This document shows, piece by piece, positions 29,996 to 41,085 of a DNA stretch of 64,000 nt; the first letter of the stretch is position 1; each line of letters starts with the position of its first letter. This stretch comes from an uncultured Acidobacteriota bacterium. Its GTDB lineage: Bacteria; Acidobacteriota; UBA4820; DSQY01. The position numbers and the translations under genes were made by a program. Location: positions 340,992 through 404,991 of the forward strand of contig CAVYWK010000024.1 in NCBI GenBank assembly GCA_963772255.1. Direction: 5' to 3'. The notes under the pieces are model-generated. The model saw only the letters and a list, made by a program, of their open reading frames with translations. It did not search any database and was not told where the DNA came from.

Positions 29996-30050
29996 GGGCG
30001 CGGGGCCTAGTCTGCCAAAGACAAAAGGCCCCGCGCCCTCTTGCTTTTTG
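29996..30050 (+). terminator. Conserved-stem terminator of G3
   Basis: gggcgcggggcc...ggccccgcgccc followed by the T-rich tcttgctttttg. Confidence 0.75.
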
Positions 30051-30393
30051 ATCGCGAGGGAACCATATTAAGTGGTAGTGAAATAAGAAAGAAGGGCCAT
30101 CCAGCGCGGGAGGGGCCAGAGCGGTTGGGTCGGAGGGTGCCGAACCCGTCAAGAACCGACTCTGCCAGGAGTGGCAGAGCCGAAGGCGGCTTCAACCCCG
30201 ATCCGACTTGAAGCCGGCAGTCGTGTTGAGAAAGGAGACGGGGAAAAGGAAAGCGCTTTCACCATTTCGTGGGGCTCGCCCCGGCGCAGGCAGCCTTGCA
30301 TCGGTAGCGGCCGTGGCTGGGGACACCGGGGATGGGGGTAGCGGCGGGGGGCCATCGCGGCCTCGTGGGTCTAAGAAATTTGGGGAGGTTGCC

Positions 30394-32537
30394 ATGCCAA
30401 GTAAGAGAGCGGGAGTCCTTTTCGTCTTTCTGGCCCTTCTGGTGGCCGTCGGTGCCATGGCAGGCCAGATCAAAATCACGCCCGGCAATAGCGTCCATCG
30501 GAACGGACCCGTCGGTGTCGGGACAACCGGATCCGGATTGCCTCGGCCCGACTGTCCCGAAGTCTTTGACCAACTCCACCGTGATCCTTTCGGCAGGCTC
30601 AACCGACGTGTGCTGGACCCCGGGCACATCCCAGACCTTCTGTTTCCAGACCGATACCTTCACGCCCGACTGGGAGTATGTCTACACGCTCTGGCTCAGG
30701 TTTCCCGCCGATTGGACCGTCACCAATGTCACCGTCGACGGGACCCCGTCCTGCACCGGCGGCGGTAGCTGGGGATCTTTCAGCTGGGGCTTCGAAACGT
30801 CTCCTTACGAAGTCCGGATCAACCACCCCCGCTACCAGGCGTACACGGATCACTGCACCGCCACCTACTGCGTGACGGTGACCACCGGCGCTGGCTCGGG
30901 GGACGCCCCGGTCTCGTGGTACTGGGATGGAGACGGCTACGGCGGGGCGCCTCACCACCCCTGCAGCAGCGATGTCTACACCCCTCCCAGCATGGCATCG
31001 GAACCTTGCGACCAAGCCGTGAACCCCCCGGCGTCGGTCCCCGCAGGGGGCGTCTGGACCACCGTGAGCCGCCTCCGCCCCCCCGTCCTGGAATGGCAAC
31101 GGCTACCCGTGCAGCGGATGCACGGCCCAGAACGGCGCCGCGCAGTGGGTCACCTACCTCATCGGCGACACGACGACTTTCGGGGGCTTCTGGGGCTACA
31201 ACCACGCCACGAACGCGTGGTTCAACCCCGGGGCGGCGGGAACCCCTTCGAACCGTTGGGCTCCCAGCTGGGCCTACGATTCCGCCACCAACCGCTGCTA
31301 CCTCACGGGCGGCGCCACGACTCCCGGCGGCGGGAACATCACGCAGGCCTACATGTTCGATCCCGTGGCCAACAGCTTCTCGGCCCTGCCCAGCTTCACC
31401 ACGGCGCGGGCCTTCCACGGCTCCTGGGTGGGGACCATCGACGGCACGAAGTACCTCTGCATCGGCGGGGGCGTCGATGCCAGTTCCAACGTCTGGACCT
31501 CGACCCAGTGCTACAACCTCGACACCCTGCCGGGCGCCTGGGCGGCCGAGAACGCCACCATGGGGCCCTACCCCGTGGGCAAGTGGGGCGCGGCGTACGG
31601 GCGTCTCGCGGGCCCGGGCGGCTCCCAGTTCTGGGTCGCTTCGGGCGCGGATACGAGCTTTGCCCTCAACGACACGGCGCACTACTTCGACGATGCCGAT
31701 AACCTGTGGCATGCGGCGGGGAACACGGGGGCGCTCGTGTACCGCACGTCGGGCACGGTCTCAGGCAGCGATTTCTACATCGTGGGCGGATCTACGGGGG
31801 GATTCAGTCCTACCTCCAGCGTCTGGAAGCACAGCGGTGCAACCTGGGGCCCGGCGCCCAGCATGCCGCACGCCCGGATGGACCTCGTGACGGGCGCCGA
31901 AGCGAATGGGAGCATCTGGGTCGTCGACGGGTACGGCACGGGCGGCGCGAATTACGTAGATTACCTGACCTCCTGCGGCGGGGGATGCCCGACCATCACG
32001 CTGTCCCCCGCAACGCTGCCACTGGCCATCCTGGGCGTCCCCTACACGCAGACCATCACGGCGACGGGCGGTACGGGCCCTTACACCTTCGCGGTGACGG
32101 CGGGAGCGCTGCCGGCGGGGTTCACCCTCAGCGCGGGGGACGTTCTCGCCGGGACGCTCACGGCACTGGGTAGCTTCAGCTTCACGGTGACCGCCACCGA
32201 CACCCTGGGATGCACCGGGGAACTGGCATACACCATCGGAACCTTCAGCACCTTCTTCCTGGATGACGCCGGTCGTTCCAAGCTGTGTGTGAATCGCCTC
32301 ACGGGCGCCTATACATGGGAAATCATGGTGCCTCCAGGCGTGGGCGTTTATACGGGCGTGGCCAACATCCTCAACGGCGGCACCAAGATCTACAGCCAGC
32401 CCGGTGCGCCCGATTATCTCAATTGCACCTACGACCCGATCAGGAAGAGGGCCTCCGGGTACTTCATGACCGCCGCCGGGGATTACAGCCGGCTGACGGA
32501 CCTGAACACCGCCAACAACCTCGGCGGATGTCCGTGA
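30394..32537 (+). CDS. G4: secreted protein (Cys-rich N-domain + Kelch-like propeller + He_PIG + conserved CTD); at least 2 frame disruptions
   Basis: GGAGG-N6-ATG. Signal peptide MPSKRAGVLFVFLALLVAVGAMAG. Three fragments in successive frames: 30394.., the 30332-frame, and the 31353-frame. The second shift is in a C7 run at 31078-31084. Kelch-like repeats (WFNPGAAGTPSNRWAPSWAYDSATNRCYLTGG...). Confidence 0.7.
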
Positions 32538-32571
32538 TGAACTGATCGGGCAGGTTTGCGGAAACTTGAAC

Positions 32572-32616
32572 GGGCGCGGGGCCTTTCTGCATGAGGGGCC
32601 CCGTGCCATTTATCTT
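32572..32616 (+). terminator. Conserved-stem terminator of G4
   Basis: gggcgcggggcc-tttctgcatgag-gggccccgtgcc followed by atttatctt. Confidence 0.65.
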
Positions 32617-32784
32617 GACCAGCGAGGAACGCGTGGAGGTGAGAGAATGGCTCCGTCGGCCGCGGTCCTTGCGCGCGAGCGGGTTTTGGGCCTGGAAGGT
32701 CCAGACCCCAGTGGGGCCAGGAATAGGCCACGGGGGCCGTTCGTTCTTCTTTCTCCGGGAACCTTTCGGAAGGAGAAGTCAGGG

Positions 32785-35700
32785 ATGAGGGTGAGGGCGT
32801 TCGGGTGGGTTCTGCTCTTGGCGGCCTCCTCACTGTTCGCGGGGGCCGCCGCCCCGTCCCACCCCGGTGGTCAGGCGAGGCCGGACCTCGTGCAGATCGC
32901 CGACAGGACCCTCTTGCCCGACCTGGAGGCGTCAGGGGCGGCCCGCGTCATCGCGGACTACGGCTCCTACGTTCTCGCCGAGACAGACCCGGCGGAGGCG
33001 GCCACCCTGCAGGCCTCCGGTCGCGGTGAACCTCGCGGCGACTACCGGTTCGTCATGCTCAACGCCGGGTGGATCGACACTTCCTCCGAGGAGGCCCGCG
33101 TATCTTCGGACTCGGTCGGGAGTTTCTCGGGGAAACGGCTCCACCTGATCCATTTCGTGGGTCCCGTGCAGAATGACTGGTACCACGCCCTGGAAGCCAC
33201 GGGCGTGCGCGTGATCACCTACATCCCGAGCAACAGCTACCTGGTGTACGGAGACATGGCCAGCCTGGCCCGCCTCCAGCGGATGGCGCGCCGCTCACCC
33301 TTCGTCTCCTGGCAGGGGGCGTACGGTGGAACTCAGAAGGTCGCGGCGGTCATACCCGAAAGGGAGGCCAGGGGTGAGTCCATGCCCAGTCTGTACGCCG
33401 TCCAGCTCGTGAAGGACGCGCAGGCCAACGGGGACACCCTGGCCCTGCTGGACTCGCTCAGGCAGGGCGAATTCTTCAGCACCTACGAAATCCTCGACTA
33501 CGTCAATATCATCACGGGTCTGGACTCCGGACCGCATCGCGGAACTGGCCGCACGGCCCGACGTGGTCTCCATCCAGCCGTACCAGATTCCCGAGAGGAA
33601 CGACGAACGGCAGGACATGATCGTGTCGGGCAACCTCGCGGGTTCCGTGCCTTCGGGCCCCGGCTATCTGGATTGGCTGGCCGACAAGGGCTTTACGCAG
33701 GCCCAGTTTGCCGCTTCGGCCTTCGCGGTGGATGTGACGGACAGCGGCGTGGACGACGGCAACCCCGCTTCGCCCAACCACTTCGGCCTTTACGAGCTGG
33801 GGCTGAAGCCGGGGACGAGCCGCCTGATCTACAGCCGCCTGGTGGGCACGCCCAGCATCGGGGGCACGATCCAGGGCTGCGACGGGCACGGGACCCTCAA
33901 CACCCACATCCTGGCCGGGTACAACGACCTGGCGGGGTTCCCGCACGAGGACGCATCGGGCTTCCACTACGGGCTTGGCGTGTGCCCCTTCGTCCGGGTG
34001 GGCTCCTCGGTCATTTTCGATCCCCGATGGACCGCTCCCAGTTTCCCCGCCCTCCTCTCCCAGGCTTACCACGACGGGGCGCGGATCAGCACCAACTCCT
34101 GGGGGTCGGCCGTGGCGGGGGCCTATACCATCGACTCCCAGGCCTATGACGCGCTCGTGCGCGATGCCCAGCCCGCGGGCTCCACCTATCCCGCCGCGGG
34201 GAGCCAGGAATTACCCATCGTCTTCTCGGCCGGAAACTCGGGTCCCGGAGCCAGGACCATCGGGGCTCCGGGCACGGCCAAGAACGTGATCACCGTGGGG
34301 GCCTCCGAAAACGTCCAGCCCTTCGGACAGCCCGACGGGTGCGGAATTTCGGACGCCGCGGCGGACAGCGCCCGGGACATGGCGAGCTTTTCCAGCCGGG
34401 GTCCCTGCGCCGACGGGCGGATCAAGCCCGATCTCGTGGCGCCCGGGACGCACGTGACGGGTGGGGTGTTCCAGGTGGCTTCGCCGCCCGCGGATCGGCC
34501 AGGCGGACCCTTGCTTCACGGGGAGCTACCTCTGCGGCGGCCCCGGCGCGAGTCTCTTCTTTCCCGTGGGCCAGCAGTGGTCCACCGCATCCTCGGGCAC
34601 GAGTCACGCCGCGCCGGCGGTGGCCGGGGGCGCCGCCCTCCTCCGCCAGTATTTCATCAACCACGGGCAATCTCCCCCGAGCCCCGCCATGACCAAGGCC
34701 TTCCTCATCAACTCGGCGCGCTACCTTTCGGGCGCGGGCGCCGGGGACACGCTCTGGTCCGGCGGCCAGGGCATGGGCCTCCTGGATCTGGGCACGGCGT
34801 TCGACGGTGTGCCGCGTATCGTCAAGGACGAGCGATCGGCTGACCGATTCACCGCCTCGGGACAGACGAGGGCGGTCGCGGGCAACATTGCGGATGGCTC
34901 CAAGCCCTTTCGGGTGACCCTCGCCTGGACCGACGCGCCGGGCCCTACCTCCGGAGCGGCCTACAAGAACGACCTGGACCTGGTGGTCACCGTGGGGGGG
35001 CGCTCGTACAAGGGCAACGTGTTCTCCGGGGCTGCTTCCCTCACGGGCGGAGTGGCCGACGGTAAGAACAACGCCGAAAGTGTCTTCCTCCCGGCCGGCG
35101 TGAGCGGCGGTTTCGCGATCACCGTGAATGGGACGAACATCAACTCTCAAGCCGACCCGGCCGTGGCGGGGAATAACCAGGATTACGCCCTGGTGGTCTA
35201 CAACGGAGACGAGGCCGTCCAGCCGGTACTCAGCGCGGAAGCGGCTTCGGTCGTGGCGGAGAACTGCCTTCCCCCCAACGGCGCCCTGGACCCGGGCGAG
35301 GTGGTCACGGTCAGCCTCGGCCTGCAAAATGTGGGAACGCGGAATACGGACGACCTCGTGGCCACCCTCCGGGCCACGGGCGGCGTGCTGAGACCCAGCG
35401 CGCCCCAGACCTACGGAGTCCTTGCGGCGGGCGGAGCCTCCGTGGCCCGCACGTTTACCTTCTACGTGGATCCGGCAGTGGCATGCGGCTCCGAAGTCTT
35501 GGCGACCCTGTCTCTGCGGGACGGTGGTGCGGATCTCGGCACCGCCGTGTTCAATTTGAAGACCGGAGTCCTCCCCACGACCCTCAACGAGACCTTCGAC
35601 GGCGTCACCGCGCCATCCCTGCCCACCGGGTGGTCGGCCACCCGACCCGCGGGCACAGGAGCGCTGTGGACCACCACCGCCACCGCGCCCTTTTCTGCGC

Positions 35701-36959
35701 CCAACGATGTCTACAGCGCGGGCCCGGGCACCGTCAACGACAACCGCCTCGACACGCCCGCTTTGACCATCTCCGGACCCTCGGCGGAGGTGAGCTTCCG
35801 CAACAATTTTGCCCTCCAGAGCACCTTCGACGGCGGCGTGCTGGAGCTCTCCATCGGGGGCGGGCCCTTCCAGGACATCCTCGCCGCCGGCGGAGCCTTT
35901 ACGGCCGGCGGTTACAACGGCGTCATCAACTCCAACTTCGCCAACCCCTTGGCCGGCCGGCAGGCTTGGACCGGGAACTCGGGGGGCTACATCCTCACGC
36001 GGGCGCTCCTGCCGCCGTCCGCCGTGGGCCAGACTGTCATCTTGAGGTTCCGGATGGGCAGCGACACGGCGGTGTCGAGCACGGGCTGGCGGATTGACGA
36101 CGTGGTCGTCCTCGGAGGCTATGTCTGTTGCGTCCGACCGCCGTGTCCCGCGATCGCAGTGGCCCCGGGGAGTCTCCCCGACGGCCCTGCGGCCACGGCC
36201 TACAGCCTGGCCCTCGGTGCCTCGGGCGGGGAGGCTCCCTACGCCTACGAGGTCACCGGGGGAAGCTTGCCCCCGGGCCTTGCCTTGTCGTCCGGAGGCA
36301 CGCTCTCGGGCACGCCCACGGTGACGGGCACCTGGAACTTCACCGTGACGGCCACCGATGTGAATGTCTGCCAGGGAAGCCAGGCCTACTCTTTGACCAT
36401 TATCTGTCCAGTCATCACCCTGAGCCCGCCCGTCCTGCCCGGCGGAATTCTCGGCCTGCCCTACAGCCAGAGAATCGCAGGTTTGGGCGGCGTGGGCCCC
36501 TACGCCTTCGCCGTCACGGGCGGCTCCCTTCCGCCGGGGCTGGCGCTGAGCCCGGACGGCACCCTGTCGGGCACGCCCACCAACGCGGGATCCTGGTCCC
36601 TGACGATCCAGGCCACCGACGCCAACGCCTGCACCGGAAGCCAGGCCTACGTCCTGGGTGTGAACAACCTCTATTTCGTGGACGACGCGGGCCGTGCGAA
36701 GGTGTGCATCAACGCGGTGACGGGGAATTACACCTGGAATATCCTTCTAGGCCCGCACGCCGGAGAGAGCTATGCGGGAACGGCCCGAGTGATCAACGGC
36801 GGGGCCAAGGTATACAGCGTGCCGGGTGAACCCAACTCCCTGAACTGCACCTACGACGCCATCCGGAAGAGGGCCGGCGCCACCTTCGTGTCTGCCGCAG
36901 GGGTGTACTCTGTCCTGGCCGACTACAACACCGCCAACAACACGGGCGGGTGCTTTTGA
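32785..36959 (+). CDS. G5: secreted S8 subtilisin-family serine peptidase with CARDB-like, jelly-roll, 2x He_PIG and conserved CTD; 2 frame disruptions
   Basis: Signal peptide MRVRAFGWVLLLAASSLFAGA. Catalytic triad contexts VDVTDSGVD, CDGHGTLNTH and SGTSHAAPAVAGG. Fragments are 32785..~33525, 33563-frame..~34495 and 34461..36959. Confidence 0.8.
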
Positions 36960-37140
36960 ACCGCCTCCTTGACAGCCCGGGGCGGTGGTCTCAAAATAAG
37001 CACTTCGCTTCGGTCAGGTCTGGGACGGCGGATCACTGTCTCAGGCCATTTTTTTATGCTGGAATGCGGGGCACTCGCGGCGGGCGGTGTGGTCCCCGAG
37101 GGAATCGGATGGGTGCGTGGTGTCCATGGAGGAGTGGCGG

Positions 37141-40100
37141 ATGAAGGCTAAGGTCGCGATTAGGTGGTTCGTGTCGGGAGCGCTGGTTCTGGGGCTCGGT
37201 CTGCCGCAGTTCGCGGCCGCGGGAGCGCCACAAGAGCCCCCAGCGAAATCAACCACGGCGAAGGCTGTCCCGGGGACCCTCAGGCCCGTGGTGGCGACGC
37301 CCGCAAACTTCGGCATTTCGAGGCCGTTGAGCGAGATCGCGGCGGAGCGGTCGGCCCAGTCGGGCCCCATTCTCACGCACAAGATCTTCGAAGTCCCTAA
37401 CCAGCAAACGCCTCGCGACGAGGACGAGAACGTCCGAATCCAATCCAAATCCGCGACTCACGGGCCTGATGGAGCCCTTCAGACCACCAGTCCCATCGAG
37501 GCCATGCCGACCCCGTCAGCGAACTTCGACGGCGTCTCCAGCGCGGACAACGCCGCGGCCTTTGGGGGCCGCGTCTACCCTCCCGACACGGATGGAGCCG
37601 TGGGGCCCAACCATTATGTTCAGGCCGTCAACCTTCTCGTGGGTATCTACAGCAAGGCGGGGACCCTGCTCGTGCCCAAGTTCAAGATGAGCAGCCTCTT
37701 CGCCTCCCTCGGCGCGCCCTGCGGAACCCGCGACGACGGCGATCCCATCGTGCTTTACGACCGCCTCGCGGACCGGTGGTTGATCAGCCAGTTCGTCCTC
37801 CCCAACTACCCCAGCGGCCCCTTCTACGAGGAAATCGCCATCTCGCAGACGGGCGATCCCACGGGGGCTTACTACATCTACTGCTTCATGGTGCACGCCA
37901 CGGAGATGAACGACTACCCCCACTTCGGCATCTGGCCCGACGGCTACTACATGACATGCCACCAGTTCACCGCCGCCGGCGCTTGGGCCGGCCAGGGCGT
38001 CTGGTGCTTCAACAGGACCAAAATGCTCGCGGGCGACCCCACGGCCGCCTTCATCTACTTCGACCTGAACGCACTCGACCCCGCCATCGGGGGCATGCTC
38101 CCCGCCGATGCGGACGGCCTCATCCCGCCGCCCCTGGGCGCTCCCAACGTCTTTGCCTATCCCCTCGCCACCGAATGGGGCGACGCCGTGGACGGCATGC
38201 GGCTTTTCAACTTCCACGCCGATTGGGCGGTCCCCGCCAATTCCACCTTCACGGAGCGCGCCGAGAGCCCCGTGGCGACGGCCGCCTACGATCCCAGCAA
38301 TCCCACCGGCAGGCGCGACATCACGCAGCCGCCTCCAGCCACGAGCACCATGAGGCTGGACTCCATCGCGGACCGGTACATGCATCGCCTCCAGTACAGG
38401 AATTTCGGGGGCACCGAATCGCTCATCCTGTGCCAGTCCGTGGACGCCCTCGTGTGGCCCTCCTACCAGTCCGCCGTGCGGTACTGCCAGCTGAAGAATG
38501 CCAGTCTTGGCGGTGCCTTTGCTCCGGTTGAACAGGCCAGCTTCGCACCCGATGGCGACCATCGTTGGATGGGCAGCGCCGCCTGCGACTGGCAGGGCAA
38601 TCTGGCCGTGGGCTACTCGGTCTCCAGCCTGACCACCTTCCCCTCCGTCCGGTATGCGGGACGCCTCGTCTCCGATCCGGCCAACCAGCTCACGCAGGGC
38701 GAAGCGACCCTCGTGGCGGGGAGCGGTGTCCAGCGCGGCACGGCCAACCGCTGGGGCGACTACAGCGCCCTCAGTCTGGACCCCACCGACGACGCCACCT
38801 TCTGGTACACGCAGGAATATTATACGGCGGCCAGCCAGGCCACGAGCACCGTGGGCTGGCTCACACGGGTTGGATCCTTCAAGTTCGCCGGGGTGCCCGC
38901 TTCCCCCCGCGGTACCCTGACGGCCCACGTCACCAACTGCGTCACCGGCTTGCCGGTGCCCAACGCGGTCATCAGCACCTCGAACGGATACTTCCGGACC
39001 ACGGACGCTTCGGGTGACGCCGTGCTGACCATGGCCCCAGGAACCTATACCGTCACGGCTTCCAAGTCCAGCTATCAGGCACCTGTCAGCGCGTCCGGCG
39101 TGGTCACCGATGGCGGGAACACCGGCCTCAATTTCTGTCTCCAGCCCACCGTTCCCCTGTTGACCGTTGGGCCGGCGACCTTGGTGACCGAGAGCTGCGT
39201 GCCCCCCAACGGGGTCATCGATCCCAACGAGCAGGTCACGGTGAGCTTCTGCGTGAACAACATGGGGAGCAACGCCACCAGCAACCTGATCGGCACGCTC
39301 CAGACCACGGGCGGCGTGGTCAACCCCTCCGGCCCGGCCACGTACGGCGTGGTAGCGGGCGACGGCGGGCTGGGTTGCGCAAACATCACCTTCGCCGCCA
39401 GCTATTTGCTCAGCTGCGGCGGGACGCTCACGGCTACGGTCCACTTCCAGGACGGGGCGCTAGACCTGGGTTCCTTCGCCTACACCTTCACCCTGGGTAC
39501 CATGGCCACCGTCGCGTCGGAGAATTTCGACGGCGTCACGGTGCCCGCCCTGCCCGTGGGCTGGACCGCCACTCGTCCCACCGGCACGGTGCCCTTCTGG
39601 GCTTCCACTACGGCGCAGGCCTCGAGCGCTCCGAACAGCGTCTTCAGTGCCGACCTGGCTACTATCAACGACAACCGGCTCGACTCGGCGCCCATGGCCA
39701 TCCCGAACGCCCCGAGCAAGCTGACTTTCAGAAACTACTACAACACCGAGTCCACCTATGACGGCGGCGCCCTGGAAATTTCCATCGCCGGCGGTGCCTT
39801 CACGGACATCCTGGCCGCGGGCGGGACTTTTGCGAGCGGCGGTTATAACGGCACCATCAACTCCTCCTTCGGGAACCCCCTGGCCGGTCGCCAGGCCTGG
39901 ACGGGCAACGCCGGTGCCTGGATTCTCACCACGGTCAACCTCCCCGCCGCAGCACAGGGCCAGAGCGTGGTCTTCCGCTTCCGGCTGGGCAGCGACAACG
40001 CCGTGGCCGCCACGGGCTGGTATGTGGACACTCTTGCCATCACGGCGCCCTCCTGCTGCGTGTGCCCGCCCATCACCATCGCACCGGCGGCCCTGCCTTC

Positions 40101-40617
40101 CACGGTAGTGGGTCTGGCCTACAACCAGGCGCTCTCCGCGTCGGGCACCGCGGGCCCCTATACCTACGCGGTGACCGCGGGCACTCTGCCCCCGGGCATC
40201 ACGCTCTCCGCCGCCGGATTGCTGTCCGGGCTTCCCACGAGCAAGCTCAGCTTCACCTTCACCGTGACCGCCACGGACGCTGCGGGGTGCACGGGCACCA
40301 AGACCTACACGCTGGCGGCTTCAACCCTCTTCTTCCTGGACGACGCTGGCCGCGATCGGCTGTGCGTCAACAGCGTGACGGGCGCTTACACGTTCCAGAT
40401 CCTCACGGGACCGAACGCTGGTATGTCCTTCACGGGAATCGCCAACATCGTGAACGGCGGGGCCAAAATCTACAGCAAACCGGGCGCCGCGGACTACCTG
40501 AACTTCACCTACGACTCGTCGCGCAAGCGGGCCTCCGGGTACTTCATGAGCGCCGCCGGCGTCTACGCGACGCTGGCCGACTACAACACCGCCAACAACA
40601 CGGGCGGATGTTCCTGA
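37141..40617 (+). CDS. G6: secreted protein (unrecognised ~550-aa N-domain + CarboxypepD_reg-like + CARDB-like + jelly-roll + He_PIG + conserved CTD), intact
   Basis: Uninterrupted ORF 37087..40617 with GGAGGAG upstream of the ATG at 37141. Signal peptide MKAKVAIRWFVSGALVLGLGLPQFAAAGA. The N-domain is shared with G7/G8. Confidence 0.85.
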   Translation: MKAKVAIRWFVSGALVLGLGLPQFAAAGAPQEPPAKSTTAKAVPGTLRPVVATPANFGISRPLSEIAAERSAQSGPILTHKIFEVPNQQTPRDEDENVRIQSKSATHGPDGALQTTSPIEAMPTPSANFDGVSSADNAAAFGGRVYPPDTDGAVGPNHYVQAVNLLVGIYSKAGTLLVPKFKMSSLFASLGAPCGTRDDGDPIVLYDRLADRWLISQFVLPNYPSGPFYEEIAISQTGDPTGAYYIYCFMVHATEMNDYPHFGIWPDGYYMTCHQFTAAGAWAGQGVWCFNRTKMLAGDPTAAFIYFDLNALDPAIGGMLPADADGLIPPPLGAPNVFAYPLATEWGDAVDGMRLFNFHADWAVPANSTFTERAESPVATAAYDPSNPTGRRDITQPPPATSTMRLDSIADRYMHRLQYRNFGGTESLILCQSVDALVWPSYQSAVRYCQLKNASLGGAFAPVEQASFAPDGDHRWMGSAACDWQGNLAVGYSVSSLTTFPSVRYAGRLVSDPANQLTQGEATLVAGSGVQRGTANRWGDYSALSLDPTDDATFWYTQEYYTAASQATSTVGWLTRVGSFKFAGVPASPRGTLTAHVTNCVTGLPVPNAVISTSNGYFRTTDASGDAVLTMAPGTYTVTASKSSYQAPVSASGVVTDGGNTGLNFCLQPTVPLLTVGPATLVTESCVPPNGVIDPNEQVTVSFCVNNMGSNATSNLIGTLQTTGGVVNPSGPATYGVVAGDGGLGCANITFAASYLLSCGGTLTATVHFQDGALDLGSFAYTFTLGTMATVASENFDGVTVPALPVGWTATRPTGTVPFWASTTAQASSAPNSVFSADLATINDNRLDSAPMAIPNAPSKLTFRNYYNTESTYDGGALEISIAGGAFTDILAAGGTFASGGYNGTINSSFGNPLAGRQAWTGNAGAWILTTVNLPAAAQGQSVVFRFRLGSDNAVAATGWYVDTLAITAPSCCVCPPITIAPAALPSTVVGLAYNQALSASGTAGPYTYAVTAGTLPPGITLSAAGLLSGLPTSKLSFTFTVTATDAAGCTGTKTYTLAASTLFFLDDAGRDRLCVNSVTGAYTFQILTGPNAGMSFTGIANIVNGGAKIYSKPGAADYLNFTYDSSRKRASGYFMSAAGVYATLADYNTANNTGGCS

Positions 40618-40633
40618 ACGGCGAGTAATCTGA

Positions 40634-40714
40634 GCGGGTGAACGACCCGCCGGAACACGGGCGCGGGGTTCCTGCCATTTCCAGGCAGGGGCCCCGCGCT
40701 CTTCTACTTTTGTC
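40634..40714 (+). terminator. Dual-hairpin 3' element of G6 (small hairpin + conserved-stem terminator)
   Basis: gcgggt-gaacg-acccgc, then gggcgcgggg-ttcctgccatttccaggcagg-ggccccgcgc and a T-rich tail. Confidence 0.75.
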
Positions 40715-40734
40715 ATATACAATCTATTTATTGT

Positions 40735-40762
40735 TTGACTAGCGCTCCCGATCTCCCATAAT
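40735..40762 (+). promoter_or_regulatory. Putative sigma-70 promoter of G7 in an AT-rich patch
   Basis: TTGACT-N16-CATAAT. This implies a ~315-nt leader. The motif tgtttgact recurs upstream of G8 at 47107-47116. Confidence 0.45.
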
Positions 40763-41085
40763 GGCCGTGGGGGGGCGACATTCGAAGAATACGAAACCCT
40801 CATAAGATAAAGTCAGATTCTTGACAGCAAAGGTGGGCATGCCCCGTGCGTGCGCCGTGCATAGCGTTGAGGGGAGTTTAGGAAGCGGGAGAGTCCAGGT
40901 CAGGGGGAGTGCTCCGTCGGCCGCCATGGCAAGGGGAGTCCCAACGCAGTCGCGCCGGTTGAAGCCCCGTTGAGGGCATGCCAGGCGCGGCCGAAGAAGG
41001 AGGGGAGGTCGGCAACCAGGTCGCTGTGAGGGGTGGTGACACGAGGGATCACGAGGAAGAGGAACGTGGCATAAGGGGTTCGACC

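Noticed and set aside
29000-31090. Homopolymer-associated frameshifts in surface-protein genes (G-run near 29008, C7 at 31078) as phase-variation switches.
   Set aside because: Equivalent frameshifts hit nuoF, nuoG, pstB and other housekeeping genes at non-repetitive sites, and nearly all have the same +1 direction. A sequencing or assembly artefact is more parsimonious, although it cannot be excluded for individual sites.
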